Below, one piece after another: positions 6,232-8,294 of a stretch of DNA of 8,294 nt. Numbering within the stretch: the first letter of the stretch is position 1; each line of letters starts with the position of its first letter. The translations under genes were made by a program, and so were the position numbers. This DNA is from Octopus sinensis (lineage: Eukaryota). The stretch spans positions 1 to 8,294 of the forward strand of contig NW_021828473.1 in NCBI RefSeq assembly GCF_006345805.1, read 5' to 3'. Under the pieces are notes generated by a model that saw only the letters and a program-made list of their open reading frames with translations, ran no database searches and was not told the DNA's origin.

Positions 6232-7799
6232 TTATTTTCCATCAATTAGTTTGAGAACTCTGCCAAAGGCAATAGTCCTGCCCTCATCCCTGAGAATAAT
6301 CCTCCCCAGAATGGGCAGGTCGGCAGCCACGGCCACACAGATGGGCTCCTCCACAGCCAAGACCACCTCACATCGACTGTCCGTCCTCAGGAAACGAGGA
6401 TTCCTCACCTTCTCCTCCCCCATCTCCTGAGTACTCACCAGCCGTCGGAATGTCACCTGGTGAGTCACGTGGTGGATGTGCATCATGGCGGGAAAACCAG
6501 CACAAATTATATTCGACAGGTCCATTGTCACTATCTACACACTCTAATTGACACTACACCTCCACTTTGAAGTTCTTGGCCATTTTGACTGGATGTTCGG
6601 GGGGACACATCACAGAGCCCACTGAGATCTCCTAAATCACGTTTTTTAGTCACAACAAACATCTTCTGAGGCTCCCAGGATTCTCAGACGGATATTATAG
6701 CCTGGACTCGACTGCTCGACCTCAATCTCGTCCACCATCACTTGGGAGACCGTGACAGTCACCTTATTAAATTAAATATTAATTTTAATTAATTTTAATT
6801 ATTATTATCAATATATTAATAATATACTTTGGCGGGAAGAATCATTAGTTTTTGTCCTGTGGTGACAGTCCCACACTCCAGTTTGCCAAAAACCATTGTC
6901 CCGATTATTATTGCCTTGTCGGCCACCAAAAACCTGACTGGGTGGTCAGGCCTTCGATCAATTGGCTCCAGACTGTCCAACAGACCCAGAAAAGTCCACT
7001 TTCTTTGCATTACTCGAGCAATCAGACCTAAACCAGGGACACACAGCCACAGGAGGCATTTCCTTAAGGAAAGACCCGTCAAACCCCGAGCAAGGCATAA
7101 TAAAGCACTCAGACTTGGAGAATCCCAACTGTTTCAAAAAGGGCGCCAATTTCGCGCCACAGAATTTAAACCTTTGGCGGGAAAAGTGTGAAATTACCTT
7201 TGTTCAGCCCAGGTGACAGAGGGGTCATCCATTTTATTAATAAGGACAATAAGATATTTAATGCCAGAAGCGCGGGCAATGATGGCATGTTCCCGCGTCT
7301 GCCCGCCCTTGTCAAAGCCTGCCTCGAACTCCCCCGCCCTGGCCGAGATGACGAGTACTGCCACGTCTGCCTGGACCACCCCGTTGATCATGTTGGGGAC
7401 ATATGCCTTGTGGCCTGGAGCGTCCAATATAGTCACGTGCTTCTTGGGGGTTTTGAAGTAGGCACACCCCACTTCCACTGTCTTGCCTTTTTCCCGCTCT
7501 TCCGGGTTGGTGTCGAGAGCATAGGAGAGGTACCTCACACATTACAGTTGGGAGTACCACGACTCACGGTTTAGTTCCCGCGCTTCTGCCTCGTACTTCT
7601 CCAATGTTCTCTTGCTTATCATTCCTGTTAGGAGCATTAGGTTCCCGCCAATTGTCGATTTTCCCGCGTCCACGTGGCCAATGAAGATTATGTTTATGTT
7701 ATCTTTTTTGCCCAAATCGGCTGTCTCTTCATTTGGTGGTGCTGGTTGATTATATATTAATATTTTACTGTCCTCGTGCTCCAGATCATACCCCACCAT
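6232..7799 (-). CDS. GSPT1: Eukaryotic peptide chain release factor 3 (eRF3/Sup35/GSPT), 8 exons, 448 aa
   Basis: Exons (minus): 7799-7769, 7741-7558, 7533-7198, 7171-7028, 7002-6828, 6762-6661, 6631-6560, 6534-6232; total 1347 nt, all phases compatible. Motifs: FIGHVDAGKSTIGG, ESWYLSYALDTNPEEREKGKTVEVG, DAPGHKAYVPNMI, GQTREH, INKMDD and the C-terminal GRIILRDEGRTIAFGRVLK. These are eRF3-type rather than EF1A or HBS1. Confidence 0.95.
6535..6559 (-). other. eRF3 intron 7, 25 nt, GT-AG
   Basis: GTGTAGTGTCAATTAGAGTGTGTAG; joins FKVE|IVTMDLSNIIC with the same spacing as human FDAQIVIIEHKSIIC. Confidence 0.85.
6632..6660 (-). other. eRF3 intron 6, 29 nt, GT-AG
   Basis: GTTTGTTGTGACTAAAAAACGTGATTTAG; joins GASED|EISVG and removes an in-frame TAA. 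Confidence 0.85.
6763..6827 (-). other. eRF3 intron 5, 65 nt, AT-rich, GT-AG
   Basis: GTATATT...TTAATAAG, 62 of 65 nt A/T; joins ILPAK|VTVTV. Confidence 0.88.
7003..7027 (-). other. eRF3 intron 4, 25 nt, GT-AG
   Basis: GTCTGATTGCTCGAGTAATGCAAAG; joins CPWFR|KWTFLGLLDSL and reconciles two ORF-track frames. Confidence 0.88.
7172..7197 (-). other. eRF3 intron 3, 26 nt, GT-AG
   Basis: GTAATTTCACACTTTTCCCGCCAAAG; joins WAEQR|FKFCGAKLAPFLK. Confidence 0.88.
7534..7557 (-). other. eRF3 intron 2, 24 nt, GT-AG with a GAG acceptor and an in-frame stop
   Basis: GTACTCCCAACTGTAATGTGTGAG; removal restores ESWYLSYALD. Confidence 0.9.
7742..7768 (-). other. eRF3 intron 1 (probable), 27 nt, GT-AG, in frame and stop-free
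   Basis: GTAAAATATTAATATATAATCAACCAG is an AT-rich island in GC-richer coding sequence and has the modal intron size. It lies in a non-conserved N-terminus, so homology cannot confirm it. Confidence 0.65.
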
Positions 7800-7878
7800 G
7801 TTGTATATTTATTTAATTTTTATATTAATTTAATTTGTTAAGTTTATTAAATATTATTTATAATATGTTAGTGGTGGT

Positions 7879-8007
7879 CTCGTGTCGTTCGTCACATCGC
7901 CTCACTATAGTGTATTCTGTTTTCTCAGTGTTAATTTTTAGGAGTGATTTTTCAAAAGTGTTGGCCAATTTGTCCATAGTACCTTCTAGTTGGCGGAACG
8001 ACACGAG
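7879..8007. repeat. Perfect 12-bp inverted repeat (7879-7890 / 7996-8007) flanking the inverted segment
   Basis: CTCGTGTCGTTC at 7879-7890 is the exact reverse complement of GAACGACACGAG at 7996-8007; both encode ERHE. Confidence 0.92.
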
Positions 8008-8294
8008 GAAAAATGGAGGCATACAAAGAAACTTGCTCAAAAGATTAAACAACATATGGTTGAGAGGCAAACAAATTTCTGCGTCTCTAAAAATCAAACT
8101 TTACAATATGTTCGTAAAACCAATCCTACTATACAACTCCTCCTCTTGGGCACTCAGGAAATGGAAAATCTCAATTCCTTCCACAGAATGCAGCTGAAAT
8201 ACATCCTAGGAATATTTTGGCCAAAACGGATTTCAAACAAGTGTTCTATCTCCTATATCGAAAGATTATTTGTTCAAGGCCCGACGAGAACATA
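7879..8294 (+). mobile_element. Decayed RTE-like LINE fragment with an inverted 5' segment; continues past the window end
   Basis: Minus 7995-7879 encodes RQLEGTMDKLANTFEKSLLKINTEKTEYTIVRRCDERHE (late RT palm). Plus from 7996 encodes ERHEEKWRHTKKL, then after deletions or frameshifts KRLNNIW..LKIKLYNMFVKPILLYNSSSWAL and NSFHRMQLKYILGIFWPKRISNK (post-RT thumb region). Confidence 0.8.

Noticed and set aside
6143-6430. 95-aa plus-strand ORF and other plus-strand ORFs over eRF3 (6829-7191, 6962-7216, 7188-7574, 7213-7461)
   Set aside because: Antisense shadows of eRF3 exons with no domain signal.
6415-6438. Perfect GTGAGT donor in the last eRF3 exon, with AG 12 or 24 nt downstream
   Set aside because: The segment is already about 2 aa shorter than human eRF3, so splicing would delete required residues; the frame is open without it.
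6900-6914. Atypical AIII where human eRF3 has YKDM (possible hidden GC intron or code change)
   Set aside because: Spacing to GTMVFGKLECG is already correct, and ATA codons elsewhere align to ordinary Ile positions.
5503-7672. Identical 13-mer TTTCCCGCGTCCA at 5503-5515 and 7660-7672
   Set aside because: The second copy is the antisense of the constrained P-loop codons (VDAGK); a single match with no extension is most likely chance.
6232-7799. EF1A or HBS1 identity for the GTPase
   Set aside because: The STIGG, WYLSYALDT and RDEGRTIA motifs match eRF3.
7867-7878. CACTAAC branch-like motif upstream of eRF3 (trans-splice or upstream intron signal)
   Set aside because: No AG acceptor lies between it and the ATG.
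1-8294. CRISPR array, tRNA or rRNA
   Set aside because: No regularly spaced repeats, cloverleaf or rRNA-like sequence were seen by eye; a tRNAscan/Infernal run would be needed to exclude divergent small RNAs.

Overview
Eukaryotic, probably animal, genomic DNA. The window holds two minus-strand housekeeping genes: HPRT (2242-3064, 7 exons) and eRF3/GSPT (6232-7799, 8 exons, 448 aa). Together they have 13 spliceosomal introns; 11 are only 24-29 nt and two are AT-rich outliers of 52 and 65 nt. The six HPRT introns sit at positions matching human HPRT1 (exon sizes recalled from memory), which points to a reduced metazoan with micro-introns. Dicyemids are a known example, but the taxon cannot be fixed from this window. 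About two thirds of the window is transposon DNA from four unrelated families, each ending within roughly 45-130 nt of a gene or of another element. They are (i) an R4/Dong-like non-LTR retrotransposon (1-~2196, minus) broken only by single-base indels; (ii) a 5'-truncated CRE-clade non-LTR element (3123-5471, minus) with poly(A) tail and 9-bp TSD, inserted about 50 nt upstream of the HPRT ATG; (iii) a Tc1/mariner remnant (5550-~6100) missed by the ORF track; and (iv) a decayed RTE-like LINE (7879->8294) with a 117-nt inverted 5' segment and a 12-bp junction duplication, resembling a twin-priming product. HPRT exon 3 carries a 7-nt excess that breaks the frame. I found no CRISPR array, rRNA, tRNA or prokaryotic system. 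Everything was read by hand; no database searches were run.
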